The notes below the pieces were generated by a model. It was not told the DNA's origin and ran no database searches. It saw nothing but the letters and a program-made list of their open reading frames with translations. DNA of 63,627 nucleotides, filler included, from Licmophora abbreviata (Eukaryota), in NCBI GenBank assembly GCA_900291995.1. It is 14 parts of 14 records of this genome, joined end to end, with 100 filler letters (N's around TTAATTAATTAA, not from the genome) between each part and the next. Parts side by side here need not be neighbours in the genome. Positions count along the whole stretch, not along the records: positions 1 to 3,199 come from OLMU01001125.1; positions 3,300 to 6,276 come from OLMU01001126.1; positions 6,377 to 7,956 come from OLMU01001128.1; positions 8,057 to 9,535 come from OLMU01001129.1; 10 more parts are not named here. One strand, given 5' to 3'. Numbering within the stretch: position 1 is the stretch's first letter; each line of letters opens with the position of its first letter. The position numbers and the translations under genes are program-made. Below, piece by piece: positions 1 through 9,635 of the stretch.

Positions 1-1085
1 GGCCGGATGAGGACGATCACGAACATCGCCAGCAAATAGGCCAGAGCGGGCCAGTGCCAGTGCTGGGCAAGGTAAACCAGAGCGCCGCGCCGCCCCTGAC
101 GGGGCGTCTCGGCGGTGCTGGTGGCGGGGGCTTGGTCGGCATCCAGCATCCAGTCGGTTACGGCGCGGCGGTTGCGCAACACGAGCCAGATCGCAAAGGC
201 CAGCACGGCGAAGGCGATCAGCGCCGATACGGCCCGGCCCGCCGCGAAGGACACGTTGCTGTTGATGATCGGCACCACCAGAAGCTGGCCGTAGCCCACG
301 ACGCCGACAATCAGGTTGATCCGCGACGACAGGTAAGAGGCGGCCCGGTCCCCGATGGGCAGGGCGCGAAGCGAGGGGGCAGAGGGCGAGAGCACCAGAC
401 GCACCGCGACCTTGGCCATTTCGACCAGCAGGAAGGCGTTGAGATAGAGGGTCTGGCGGATGCCGATCTGACCGAACTCGCCCAAGGCGAGGATCGCCAG
501 AACATAGCCCGCCGCCCATGCGAGGATCACGATCAGAGCGTCGATCCCGGCAGAGGCGCCGAAGAGCGTGATCGTGCGGGCGATCCCGCCATCACGCGCC
601 GAGGCGCTCATGCGGGCATAGAGCGATTTGCCGAACCAGCGCAGCAGCAGGAACACGAAGACGGTGCCGGCGATCACCACGGCCAGATCCTTGAGCGCGT
701 CCAGTAGGACACCGGCCTCGCCGCCGCTGAGCCCGTCGAAGACTTGCGGCGCGCGGGAGAGTTGCGCCCAGAACCCCGTGGCCCAATCGGCGATATTCTC
801 GGCGGCTTCCTGCGTGACGAGGGCGATGCGGCGCCCAAAGGACTGATCCGGCGAGGGGCCACCGGCGGTGGTTGCGGCCTGCTCTGTCAGGGTCGCGGGA
901 TCTACGGCGCCCGAGGCGCGCAGGCGGTCGATCAGCTCGGTGCGGGCGGTGTCATCCTCGATCACATCGATCAGCAGATCCACGCTGGAGCGCGGATCGC
1001 CCGCATTGGACGGCTCTGCCTGCGCCATGGCGAGTGTCGATGTCATCAAGAGCGCAACAAGGAAAGCCGATAGCAGCCGCAGCAT
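1..1085 (-). CDS. Mechanosensitive channel, MscS family, YbiO-like (runs off the window; 3' part missing)
   Basis: Not in the ORF track; translated by hand from ATG 1085: MLRLLSAFLVALLMTSTLAMAQAEPS (signal peptide)...VDLLIDVIEDDTARTELIDRLR, then several TM helices...RQTLYLNAFLLVEMAKVAVRLVLSP...HWHWPALAYLLAMF. The frame is open to the window edge. It resembles the YbiO N-terminal/TM region; the MscS core would lie outside the window. Confidence 0.7.
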   Translation of the reverse strand, partial: MLRLLSAFLVALLMTSTLAMAQAEPSNAGDPRSSVDLLIDVIEDDTARTELIDRLRASGAVDPATLTEQAATTAGGPSPDQSFGRRIALVTQEAAENIADWATGFWAQLSRAPQVFDGLSGGEAGVLLDALKDLAVVIAGTVFVFLLLRWFGKSLYARMSASARDGGIARTITLFGASAGIDALIVILAWAAGYVLAILALGEFGQIGIRQTLYLNAFLLVEMAKVAVRLVLSPSAPSLRALPIGDRAASYLSSRINLIVGVVGYGQLLVVPIINSNVSFAAGRAVSALIAFAVLAFAIWLVLRNRRAVTDWMLDADQAPATSTAETPRQGRRGALVYLAQHWHWPALAYLLAMFVIVLIR

Positions 1086-1434
1086 ACCCCGAAACCTCCG
1101 TATTTGATTTTCAATCCGGGTGCAGCGGTGCACCGATCACAGGCCTGCAAGGCCGAACGGGCGAAGGTAGCTTTGGCCCGGTCATTCGGGCCTTACGTAT
1201 CTGGTTCACCACTGAGGTCAAGCAAGTGGCCTTTTGCTCGGGGTCAGGCCGGGGGCGCCGGGCCACATGTCGGGCGGTGGCGTCAGGGCAGGGGAAGGCC
1301 ATGCAGCACAGGGGGGGAAAGGCCGGGGAACCGTCAATTTTTGCCCGATGAAGGCTAGAAAGTGTTCAGGGCTGTTGACGGGTCACAAATTCGTCAGGAC
1401 TATCGTGATGTTGAAACTTGAAAGGAACTGTTCA

Positions 1435-1572
1435 ATGAAAAGCAAATTTGTATTGGCTGCCGCCCTTGCTGCAATCGCCGGTCTGTCGGCCTGCGCGCAG
1501 CAGGAAGAACCTGCGGAACCGGTTGTGATTGCCGAACCTGTATATGACAAATACGGCAACGTGGTCGAATAA
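1435..1572 (+). CDS. Small lipoprotein (45 aa)
   Basis: AAAGGA RBS before ATG 1435; MKSKFVLAAALAAIAGLSAC is a lipoprotein signal with lipobox LSAC; short acidic mature peptide. Confidence 0.8.
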   Translation: MKSKFVLAAALAAIAGLSACAQQEEPAEPVVIAEPVYDKYGNVVE

Positions 1573-1771
1573 GGGACCGCGCTGCAGCTGCGGGGGCATG
1601 ACGGCTTGACAGCGACGTGTCGAGCGCAGGCCCGCCCGCCAGTTACGCGACGGCCGCCGGTGCATGGAGATGCCCGGCGGCCGTTTCATGCCTGACAGGT
1701 GCAAGAGGCGCGCAGCGCCGCAATACGGCGTTTCGCGAAACTCCGTGAGCCAGGTTTTTCGCGAAAACGCT

Positions 1772-1960
1772 TCAGGGCGAACGCGCCGCGCGGGGACCGG
1801 CGAGCAGCCACATGATGAAGCCCAGCAAGGGCAGCAGCAGGACCAGCACGACCCAGATCACCTTGCGCCCGGTGGTGGCGCGCGAGCCGATGATCGACAC
1901 GATCGCCCAGATATTCAGAATGAGCAGGATAAGGCCGCCCAGCCCTGAAATCTCCATCAT
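1772..1960 (-). CDS. PLDc_N (phospholipase D N-terminal-like) small membrane protein
   Basis: LILLILNIWAIVSIIGS...KVIWVVLVLLLPLLGFIMWLLAGP matches the two-TM PLDc_N pattern; AAGGAG RBS upstream. Confidence 0.8.
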   Translation of the reverse strand: MMEISGLGGLILLILNIWAIVSIIGSRATTGRKVIWVVLVLLLPLLGFIMWLLAGPRAARSP

Positions 1961-2016
1961 GGGACATCTCCTTTCGCATGGCCGTTGGGCCGTGTGACCG
2001 GTGCCGTGGCGATGGA

Positions 2017-2214
2017 TCAGACGCGGCAGCGCCAGTCCTCGACCTCGGTTTCGGCGTCTTTCTTGGACATGTTATAAGTACGCTCTACCAAGGCCACCAG
2101 CTTTTCGCGTTGGCCTTGGGTGGCAAGGGCGTCCTCTTCCGAGATATCGGGCCATCGGATTCGGGCGCTGCCCTTGATCTGGTCCCATTTCGCGGCGATC
2201 TGATCCCATTGCAT
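2017..2214 (-). CDS. CsbD family stress protein (65 aa)
   Basis: MQWDQIAAKWDQIKGSARIRWPDISEEDALATQGQREKLVALVERTY fits the CsbD/YjbJ signature; GAAGGA RBS before ATG 2214. Confidence 0.85.
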   Translation of the reverse strand: MQWDQIAAKWDQIKGSARIRWPDISEEDALATQGQREKLVALVERTYNMSKKDAETEVEDWRCRV

Positions 2215-2266
2215 TGTGGTTGTCCTTCGGTTTGCTGCGGTCCGGGCTGTGCCCTGCTGGCCGCGG

Positions 2267-2728
2267 TCAATTGGCCGAGTTGCTGCCCTCGTCATCTGTC
2301 CAGACCCCGGCAAAGGCATCCCATGCCCCGGCGAACCCGGCCTTGAGTTCATCCCATGCGCTGCTTGTCCCGGCCTTGAGCGCGCCATAGCGTTCGCTGA
2401 GGTCATTGCGGGCTTCACGCAGATCGGCCATGCGGTCGCTGGCCTCTTCGCGGGCGGCCTCGGTCATGTCGGACCAGTTCTCGCGCAGCGCCTGTTCGCG
2501 GCGTTCGATCTCGGCGTCGAGGCGGGTCATCGCTTCGCGGGCGGTGGTAAGCGCCTGATCGCGTTCCTGTTCGGAATAGTCGGCGACGGCGTCCATCGCT
2601 TGGGAAATTTCGGCCTTGAGTTCCTTGGTGGTCATCAGGCCATCATCGCTTTGCGCAAGGGCCGGGGTGCAGGCCAAGGCAAGGGCGGCGGCGGAAAGAA
2701 TGCCGCGATATCCGGTGATTGGTGTCAT
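2267..2728 (-). CDS. Exported alpha-helical hypothetical protein
   Basis: AAGGAGG RBS before ATG 2728; signal peptide (...ALALACTPALA-Q); E/A/R-rich helical body ending SSAWDELKAGFAGAWDAF. Confidence 0.75.
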   Translation of the reverse strand: MTPITGYRGILSAAALALACTPALAQSDDGLMTTKELKAEISQAMDAVADYSEQERDQALTTAREAMTRLDAEIERREQALRENWSDMTEAAREEASDRMADLREARNDLSERYGALKAGTSSAWDELKAGFAGAWDAFAGVWTDDEGSNSAN

Positions 2729-2876
2729 GGTGTCCTCCTTTTTCTGCGGCGCCGGGACAAGGCGAAAGGGCCTTGGCGCCATGGTCCAGCGCCAAGGTCA
2801 GCGTGCCATTTGACTGCACCGCCTGCGTTGATGATTGTCAGTCGGGCGATATCCCGCCGCAAGGAAACGGCAGGGC

Positions 2877-3470
2877 CTACGCCTCGGAGTTGTCGCCGCT
2901 CATGTAGATCGACATGAAGGCCGGCTCGCCCATGCGGTCCAGCGTGCCAAGCTGCCGGTCAAGCCAGTCCCAATGGCCCTCTTCGTCCAGAACGATGGTC
3001 TCGAACAGGGTGCGGGTGCCGATATCGTTGCTGTCCGAGGCGTCACGCGCGGCCTTGCTGTAGAAGTCGATCGCGCCTTTTTCCTCGGCTTTGTCGGCCT
3101 CGAACACCTCTTTGAGGTTGGTGGCCATCTTTGGGGTCTTGGTGGGCTTCAGTTCAGGCGTGCCGCCAAGGAACATGATGCGTTCGATGAACTGCCCGGN
3201 NNNNNNNNNNNNNNNNNNNNNNNNNNNNNNNNNNNNNNNNNNNTTAATTAATTAANNNNNNNNNNNNNNNNNNNNNNNNNNNNNNNNNNNNNNNNNNNNC
3301 TGCCCGGCATGGCCCAGCTCTTCGTGCATTTCGTCGCGCATCCGGTGGGCCAGCTTGTCCAGCCCCCAGTCTTCCAGCGTATGCGCGTGCAGAAGATACT
3401 GGTTCACGGCGGTCAGCTCCATCGCGAGGGCGGTTTGCAGGTTCTCGATGCTTGTGCTGCGATCGGTCAT
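2877..3470 (-). CDS. bfr: Bacterioferritin-family ferritin (split by spacer; 161 aa once the 8-nt contig overlap is collapsed)
   Basis: ELTAVNQYLLHA...DWG...EMHEELGHAGQFIERIMFLGG...EEKGAIDFY...DEEGHWDWL. Both contig ends share CTGCCCGG and rejoin in frame. Confidence 0.9.
3200..3299. other. Artificial contig spacer. Others at 6277-6376, 7957-8056, 9536-9635, 14758-14857, 21088-21187, 25145-25244, 31724-31823, 45345-45444, 49839-49938, 51506-51605, 53615-53714, 54803-54902
   Basis: Identical N44-TTAATTAATTAA-N44 blocks that place stops in all six frames. Confidence 0.98.
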
Positions 3471-3536
3471 CTTTTTCGCTCCTTTTTCATCGTCGCGCGT
3501 TGGCAAGGATGTATGCAGTCAGATGCCGAACGCACC

Positions 3537-3575
3537 CGCACCCCCCGTGTGACACTCTGTCCCACGGGGGGTGCG
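3537..3575. repeat. Strong inverted repeat (possible terminator or REP-like element) between yeiH and bfr
   Basis: CGCACCCCCCGTG-t-GACA-ctc-TGTC-c-CACGGGGGGTGCG: perfect 13-bp arms plus a 4-bp inner stem. Confidence 0.6.
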
Positions 3576-3635
3576 TGATGCGCGGATATGTTGGAATTGT
3601 GGTTTTTTGTCAGTGGTTTGAGGTAGCTGCTGGGA

Positions 3636-4670
3636 TCAGGGAGACAGGTCCAGAAAGCTGATCCCGGCCAGCACCAGCCCTGCCAAAAACAAGGTTTCGG
3701 CCACGATCAGGGCGATGGCCCCACCGCCCACCTTGATGATGTTGCGCAGGTCGGTCTTCATGCCGACCGCCGCGATGGCAGCGAGCAGCGCCCATGACGA
3801 CAACTGGGCCAGAAGCGCGCCGATGGGCGCGGGAATGAGGCCGAGGGAATTGAGCGTGGCGAGGCACAAAAAGCCCAGCACGAAGGCTGGAACGATGGGT
3901 GGGCGCTTGCCTTCGGTCTGCGGTTCGGCGTGCTGCCACCAGATCGTGATGATGATCACGACAGGGGCCAGAAAAGACACGCGGATCAGCTTGACCAGGG
4001 TGGAGGTTTCGCCCGCCGTGTCGGAGATCGAAAAGCCCGCGCCGACCACCTGTGCGACGTCATGCACGGTCGCGCCGATGAAGGCGCCTGCGGTCACGTC
4101 ATCGAAGCCGAGCGCATCGGTCAGGATCGGATAGAGGATCATCGCCACGGTCGACAGAACGGTGACGCCCAGGACGGTGAACAGAAGATTGCGTTCCGAG
4201 CGGTCGTCCTTGGGAAGCACCGCGGCGATGGCCATGGCGGCCGAGGCGCCGCAGATCGCCACCGATCCGGCGGTCAGGATCGCAAAGCGCGGCCCCTGTC
4301 CGATCAGCCGCGCAAGGCCCACGCCAAAGAGGATGGTGGCGACCACACCCGCGACCAGAAGCCCGATCATGCCCCAGCCGAGCGAGGTCAGCATCTCGAC
4401 GCTGATCCGCGCGCCAAGGATCGCTACGCCGAAGCGCAGCACGCTGCGGGCGGTGAAGCCGATGCCGGCGGCGGTCGGTCCCGGCTCACCGAGGAAGTTC
4501 AGCGCGATGCCGAAGAGAAGCGCCATGAGCATGGCGGGCGCGCCGTGATGCTCGGCCACGAATTGCGCGGCCAGCGCCACCAGCACGGCGACCATGACGC
4601 CGGGGAAATAGGATTTCGCGCGCCCGGCCATCTGCTGGCCGGACGCGAGGACGCGGGGTGTCAGGGTCAT
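3636..4670 (-). CDS. YeiH/UPF0324 family putative sulfate/sulfite exporter (TauZ-like)
   Basis: About 10 TM; LRFGVAILG, GSVAICGASAAMA, GATVHDVAQVVGAG and KLIRV motifs; starts 7 nt after the xsc stop. Confidence 0.85.
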   Translation of the reverse strand: MTLTPRVLASGQQMAGRAKSYFPGVMVAVLVALAAQFVAEHHGAPAMLMALLFGIALNFLGEPGPTAAGIGFTARSVLRFGVAILGARISVEMLTSLGWGMIGLLVAGVVATILFGVGLARLIGQGPRFAILTAGSVAICGASAAMAIAAVLPKDDRSERNLLFTVLGVTVLSTVAMILYPILTDALGFDDVTAGAFIGATVHDVAQVVGAGFSISDTAGETSTLVKLIRVSFLAPVVIIITIWWQHAEPQTEGKRPPIVPAFVLGFLCLATLNSLGLIPAPIGALLAQLSSWALLAAIAAVGMKTDLRNIIKVGGGAIALIVAETLFLAGLVLAGISFLDLSP

Positions 4671-4677
4671 GTCCCGG

Positions 4678-6276
4678 TCAGACCGTCTGCGGGATCAGGT
4701 CTTCGCGGCTGATACCTGCGACGGCGACGGGTTTTTTCATGGCGTCGCGGCGGAAGGGTTCGCCGAGTTCCTGGTTGATCATGGCTTCGATGAGGGTTGT
4801 GGTGCCTTTCTCCATCTGGTCCTTGATCGCCTGGTTCAGCGCGTCGGTCAGCTCGTCCATGGTGCGCGCGACGACGCCCTTGAGGCCGCAGGCCTTGGCG
4901 ATGCCGGCGTAGCTGACGTCGTCATCCAGCTCGGTGCCCACGAAGTTGTCGTCGAACCACAGGGTCGAGTTGCGCTTTTCGGCGCCCCACTGGTAGTTGC
5001 GGAACACGATCTGGGTGACGCCGGGCCATTCGCTGCGCCCGATCGCCGTCAGCTCGTTGACCGCGATGCCGAAGGCGCCGTCGCCGGCAAAGCCCACCAC
5101 CGGCACGTCGGGGCGGCCGATCTTGGCGCCGACGATCGCCGGCAGGCCATAGCCGCAGGGACCAAAAAGGCCCGGTGCGAGGTATTTGCGCCCCTCCTCG
5201 AACGAGGGATAAGCGTTGCCGATGGCGCAGTTGTTGCCGATATCCGAGCTGATGATCGCGTCGCGCGGCAGCGCGGACTGGATCGCGCGCCAGGCCATGC
5301 GCGGGCTCATCCACTCGGGCTTGGCGGCGCGGGCACGCTCGTTCCAGCTGGTGCCGGGATCGTCATCCTCGTGGTCCATGCTGCTGAGTTGCTGCGCCCA
5401 TTTGCTCTTGGTTTCGGCGATCTTGGCGCGGCGGGCGTCGCGGCCTTCGTCCCCGGCGCTGTCCGACAGCTGCCCCAGGATGCCGCGCGCCACCTTGGCG
5501 GCGTCGCCGATGATGCCGACGCTGACCTTCTTGGTCAGGCCGATGCGGTCGGGGTTGATGTCGACCTGGATGATCTTGGCGTCCTTGGGCCAGTAATCCA
5601 TGCCATAGCCCGGCAGGGTCGAGAACGGGTTGAGGCGCGTGCCGAGGCAGAGCACCACATCGGCGTCCTTGATCAGCTCCATCGCCGCTTTTGATCCGTT
5701 ATAGCCAAGCGGGCCGGCAAAGAGCGGATGCGAGCCGGGGAAGGCGTCATTGTGCTGGTAGCCGACGCAGACCGGCGCATCGAGCCGCTCGGCCAGCGCC
5801 TGGGAGGCGGCGATGCCGCCCTCCGAGAGCACCACGCCGGCGCCGTTGAGGATGACGGGGTTGCGGGCCTCGGAGATCAGGCGCGCGGCCTCGGCCACCG
5901 AGTTTTCGCCGCCCGGCGAGCGCTCGAACTCGATCGGGTCGGGCAGCTCGATGTCGATGACCTGGGTCCAGTAGTCGCGCGGGATGTTGATCTGCGCCGG
6001 CCCCGAGAGGTTCTTGGCCTTCGAGATGACGCGCGCCAGCACTTCGGCCATGCGCGAGGGATCGCGGACCTCTTCCTGGTAGGCGACCATGTCCTCGAAG
6101 AGCTTCATCTGCTCGACCTCCTGAAAGCCGCCCTGACCGATGGTCTTGTTGGCGGCCTGCGGCGTGACCAGCAGGAGCGGGGTGTGGTTCCAGTAGGCGG
6201 TCTTGACGGCGGTGACGAAGTTGGTGATGCCCGGGCCGTTTTGCGCGATCATCATGCTCATCTTGCCGGTGGCACG
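4678..6276 (-). CDS. xsc: Sulfoacetaldehyde acetyltransferase (5' end lost in spacer)
   Basis: ThDP enzyme: AQNGPGITNFVTAVKTAYWNHTP, SSDIGNNCAIGNAYPSF, GDGAFG...RNYQWGAEKRNSTLWFDDNFVGTEL, ELGEPFRRDAMKKPV. Confidence 0.93.
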   Translation of the reverse strand, partial: RATGKMSMMIAQNGPGITNFVTAVKTAYWNHTPLLLVTPQAANKTIGQGGFQEVEQMKLFEDMVAYQEEVRDPSRMAEVLARVISKAKNLSGPAQINIPRDYWTQVIDIELPDPIEFERSPGGENSVAEAARLISEARNPVILNGAGVVLSEGGIAASQALAERLDAPVCVGYQHNDAFPGSHPLFAGPLGYNGSKAAMELIKDADVVLCLGTRLNPFSTLPGYGMDYWPKDAKIIQVDINPDRIGLTKKVSVGIIGDAAKVARGILGQLSDSAGDEGRDARRAKIAETKSKWAQQLSSMDHEDDDPGTSWNERARAAKPEWMSPRMAWRAIQSALPRDAIISSDIGNNCAIGNAYPSFEEGRKYLAPGLFGPCGYGLPAIVGAKIGRPDVPVVGFAGDGAFGIAVNELTAIGRSEWPGVTQIVFRNYQWGAEKRNSTLWFDDNFVGTELDDDVSYAGIAKACGLKGVVARTMDELTDALNQAIKDQMEKGTTTLIEAMINQELGEPFRRDAMKKPVAVAGISREDLIPQTV

Positions 6277-6376
6277 NNNNNNNNNNNNNNNNNNNNNNNN
6301 NNNNNNNNNNNNNNNNNNNNTTAATTAATTAANNNNNNNNNNNNNNNNNNNNNNNNNNNNNNNNNNNNNNNNNNNN

Positions 6377-6949
6377 ATCGCCATGCAGCTTCTGAACCTC
6401 AACCCGGTGCCGGTGGCATGGGAAGAGACGCTCGATGGTCTGAAGCAGGGTCTGATCGACGGGGCCGAGACATGGGCATCGGCGGTGGCCTATGCCAACA
6501 TGGCGCCGGTCGTGAGCCAGTCGGTCGATCTGAAGTTCTTCTGCGGCACCGAGCACACGTCGATGTCGGTCAAGGTGTTCGACGCCATGGAGCCGCATCT
6601 GCAGGATGCGATCATGGAATCGGCCTATCTGGCGCAGGTGCATGTGCAGGCCGCCAACGAGGCCGCGCTGGTCAAGACCGTGGGCTTCAGCGATCCGCAA
6701 CTGCCCGGAACGATCTTTGCCGAGAACAACGTGCGTCCGGCGTTCCTTGCCGACGATCAGATCCGCATGGCCGAGGAAATGTGCTCGCCCGAGTTCAATC
6801 CTGAGCCTTGGGCGCAGTGGCGCGAGCGTCTCGACAACTGGTCGGGCGGTCTGGACACCTATCAGGGCATCTATGACGTTGCACGGCAGATCCCGGTCGA
6901 CACGCTGCCGGAAAATGTCGAGCCGCGCCGCTGGTGGCGGTCGGCCTGA
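6377..6949 (+). CDS. TRAP substrate-binding protein DctP, C-terminal part (IseK-like)
   Basis: PVPVAWEETLDGLKQGLIDGAE is a DctP motif; followed by DctQ, DctM and IclR next to xsc, the order known for iseKLM-iseR. Confidence 0.75.
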   Translation: MAMQLLNLNPVPVAWEETLDGLKQGLIDGAETWASAVAYANMAPVVSQSVDLKFFCGTEHTSMSVKVFDAMEPHLQDAIMESAYLAQVHVQAANEAALVKTVGFSDPQLPGTIFAENNVRPAFLADDQIRMAEEMCSPEFNPEPWAQWRERLDNWSGGLDTYQGIYDVARQIPVDTLPENVEPRRWWRSA

Positions 6950-7068
6950 TCCGGGGCTGACAAGACACCGGGCCGCGCAGGACGCGGCCCGGACACCCGA
7001 CCGAGGCTGCAAAAGAGGCCACGGTCGGTCAAGATCAGATACGGGTGACCCAAAGGGAGGAATGGGGA

Positions 7069-7737
7069 ATGACCGGTGTGTTCCAGGGCACGGGAGAGAT
7101 CCTGAGTGCCGTTGCTTCAGGCGATTCATGGATGTTGAGCAGCGCGATGCAGCAACCTGCGGTCTGGCCGCTGGGGTTGATTGCGATGCTGACCGTGTCG
7201 ATCGTGTTCCTTGTGTTGTACCGCGTTAGCGACTGGTTCGAGCGCAATTTCGAATCCACGATCATGGTGGTCTCGTATCTGGCGATCGGTGGCATCATCT
7301 TTGTCGAGGTGTTCCGGCGCTTCGTGCTGTCCGAGCAGGCGCCGTGGTCGACGACGATCCCGCCGTTCCTGTTCCTCATCATGACGTGGTTCGGCTGCAG
7401 CTATAACGTCAAGCTGCGAACGCATCTGGCCTTTGCCGAGTTCCGCAACGCCATGCCGCGCGCGGGACAAATGGCCTGTCTCATCATGGATGCGCTGCTG
7501 TGGATCGGCTTTTCATGGGTGGTGGTCGTCACCTCGACCCGGGTGGTGGCCAATTCGGCGTCGAATTTCCAGATCATGCTGGGCACCGACAATGTGATGC
7601 AGTGGTGGTTCCTGATTTCGGTGCCGCTGGCCTTCACGGTGCTGGTGGCCCGTGTGCTTGAAAACCTGCTGACCGACATCGCCAATTTTCGGTCCGGCGA
7701 GACCTTGATCAAGCAAGCCGTCATCGGAGGCGATTGA
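7069..7737 (+). CDS. TRAP small permease DctQ (IseL-like)
   Basis: VEVFRRFVL...PWS...FLIMTWFGCSYNVKLRTHL with 4+ TM helices. Confidence 0.8.
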   Translation: MTGVFQGTGEILSAVASGDSWMLSSAMQQPAVWPLGLIAMLTVSIVFLVLYRVSDWFERNFESTIMVVSYLAIGGIIFVEVFRRFVLSEQAPWSTTIPPFLFLIMTWFGCSYNVKLRTHLAFAEFRNAMPRAGQMACLIMDALLWIGFSWVVVVTSTRVVANSASNFQIMLGTDNVMQWWFLISVPLAFTVLVARVLENLLTDIANFRSGETLIKQAVIGGD

Positions 7738-7738
7738 C

Positions 7739-9159
7739 ATGACCGACGGAACCATCATCACGCTCATTTCGGTCGGTGTGACATTCCTTTTCATGCTGGG
7801 CGTCCCGGTCTTTCTGGTGATCGGGTACTGGGTGCTGGGAATTTCCTTTCTGCTGGCGATGCCGCTGGACAATATCGGCGCCGCGCTGGCGGATGTGTTC
7901 ACTGACGGCTTCGCGCTGCTGGCGATGCCGCTGTTCATTCTGACCGGTGACCTGATNNNNNNNNNNNNNNNNNNNNNNNNNNNNNNNNNNNNNNNNNNNN
8001 TTAATTAATTAANNNNNNNNNNNNNNNNNNNNNNNNNNNNNNNNNNNNNNNNNNNNCCTATTCCTGCCTTGGCTGGATCCGGGGCGGTCTGGCGATGGCA
8101 TCCTTGGGTGCCTGTGGTCTCTTTGCCGCGATTTCCGGGTCGAATTCGGCCACCACGGCGACGATTGGCTCGATGCTGCATCCCGAAATGGTCAAGGGGG
8201 GCTATGACGAACGCTTCTCGGCCGCCACGGCCGCCGCAGGCGGCACGGTGGGCATCATCATCCCGCCTTCCATCATCTTCATCGTCTACGGGTTCCTGCT
8301 CAACCTCCCGATCTCGGACCTGTTCGTTGCGGGGATCATTCCCGGCGCCATGATGGTCGGCGGGATGATGATTGCCTGTTTCCTCGTCTGCTGGAAGAAC
8401 GGCTGGGGGTTCCTGATCAAGCTGAGCCCGATGCGGGTCATCAAGACGGCGGTGGGCGCATGGCTGGGCTTTTTCGCCATCGGCCTTGTGCTGTGGGGCA
8501 TCTATACCGGCAAGTTTTCCCCGACCGAGGCCGCGGGCGTCACCGTGGGCTTTTGTGTGATCGTTGGCTTCCTGTGTCTCCCGTTGCACAAGGTGATGGG
8601 CGGGCGCAAGGATGCGGATATCTCGGAGAAATCCATCGGGTCCATGTTGGTGGTGCAGGGGTTCAGCCCGCTTGAATTGCCGTCGATCACCATGCGCTCG
8701 GCGCAGATCACCGGGATCCTTGCGCCGCTGATCGCGGTGTCGGTGGTCATGCAGCAGATGCTGTCGGTGCTGGGCGCACAGGAGATCATCGGCAATTTCG
8801 TCACCTCGATGGGGGGCTATTACGCCGTTCTCTTCACCTCGATGGCGATTGTCTTTGTCGCGGGGATGGTTCTGGAAAGCCTGCCGGTGACGATCATTCT
8901 GGCCCCCATTCTGGCGCCGATCGCGCATTCGGTGGGGATCGAGCCGGTGCAATTCGCGGTCGTCTTCCTTGTGGGCGCGTCGATCGGATTCATCACGCCG
9001 CCCTATGGTCTGAACCTCTATGTGGCGTCAGGTGTCACCGGCGTTCCCTATTTCCGGCTTTTGCGCTACACCCTGCTGTACTTGGTCGCTTTGATTGCGG
9101 TCTGGATGGTGGTGGCGATGGTGCCGGTTCTTTCGACGGCACTGATCCCGCATAGATGA
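7739..9159 (+). CDS. TRAP large permease DctM (IseM-like; split by spacer)
   Basis: FALLAMPLFILTGDL / FAAISGSNSAT / GGTVGIIIPPS / SPTEAA / IGFITPPYGLNLYV. Confidence 0.88.
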
Positions 9160-9172
9160 GGATGTTGCGTAG

Positions 9173-9535
9173 ATGGATGGTGACGACGGCAAATCGGAGA
9201 CGATCCCGACGAACCTGAGGTTGTTGATGGTGATCGAACAGATCGCGAAAGCCGGGGTTCCGGTGACACCGACGGATGTAAATCACGAGATCGGATTGCC
9301 GAAGCCGACCATCCATCGCCTGTTCCATACGCTGGAAGAGGAGGGGTTCCTGCAACGTGACATGGACGGGCGGACCTATTCGCCCGGACCAAGGCTGCGC
9401 ATCATGGCCGGGGGCATCCTGTCCTCGCTGCGCATCCGGACCGCACGGCAGGCGATCCTGACCCGGCTGAGCCGGGAGATCGGCGAGACCTGCAACATCG
9501 CGCTGCCGGAGCGGGACGCGATGACCTATCTGGAG
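9173..9535 (+). CDS. IclR family regulator (IseR-like; 3' end lost)
   Basis: HTH GLPKPTIHRLFHTLEEEGFL...YSPGPRL and LSREIGETCNI. Confidence 0.85.
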
Positions 9536-9635
9536 NNNNNNNNNNNNNNNNNNNNNNNNNNNNNNNNNNNNNNNNNNNNTTAATTAATTAANNNNNNNNN
9601 NNNNNNNNNNNNNNNNNNNNNNNNNNNNNNNNNNN

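Noticed and set aside
3244..3255. TTAATTAATTAA recurring 13 times (possible repeat array or CtrA sites)
   Set aside because: It is always centred in N-runs, so it is an assembly linker and not biological.
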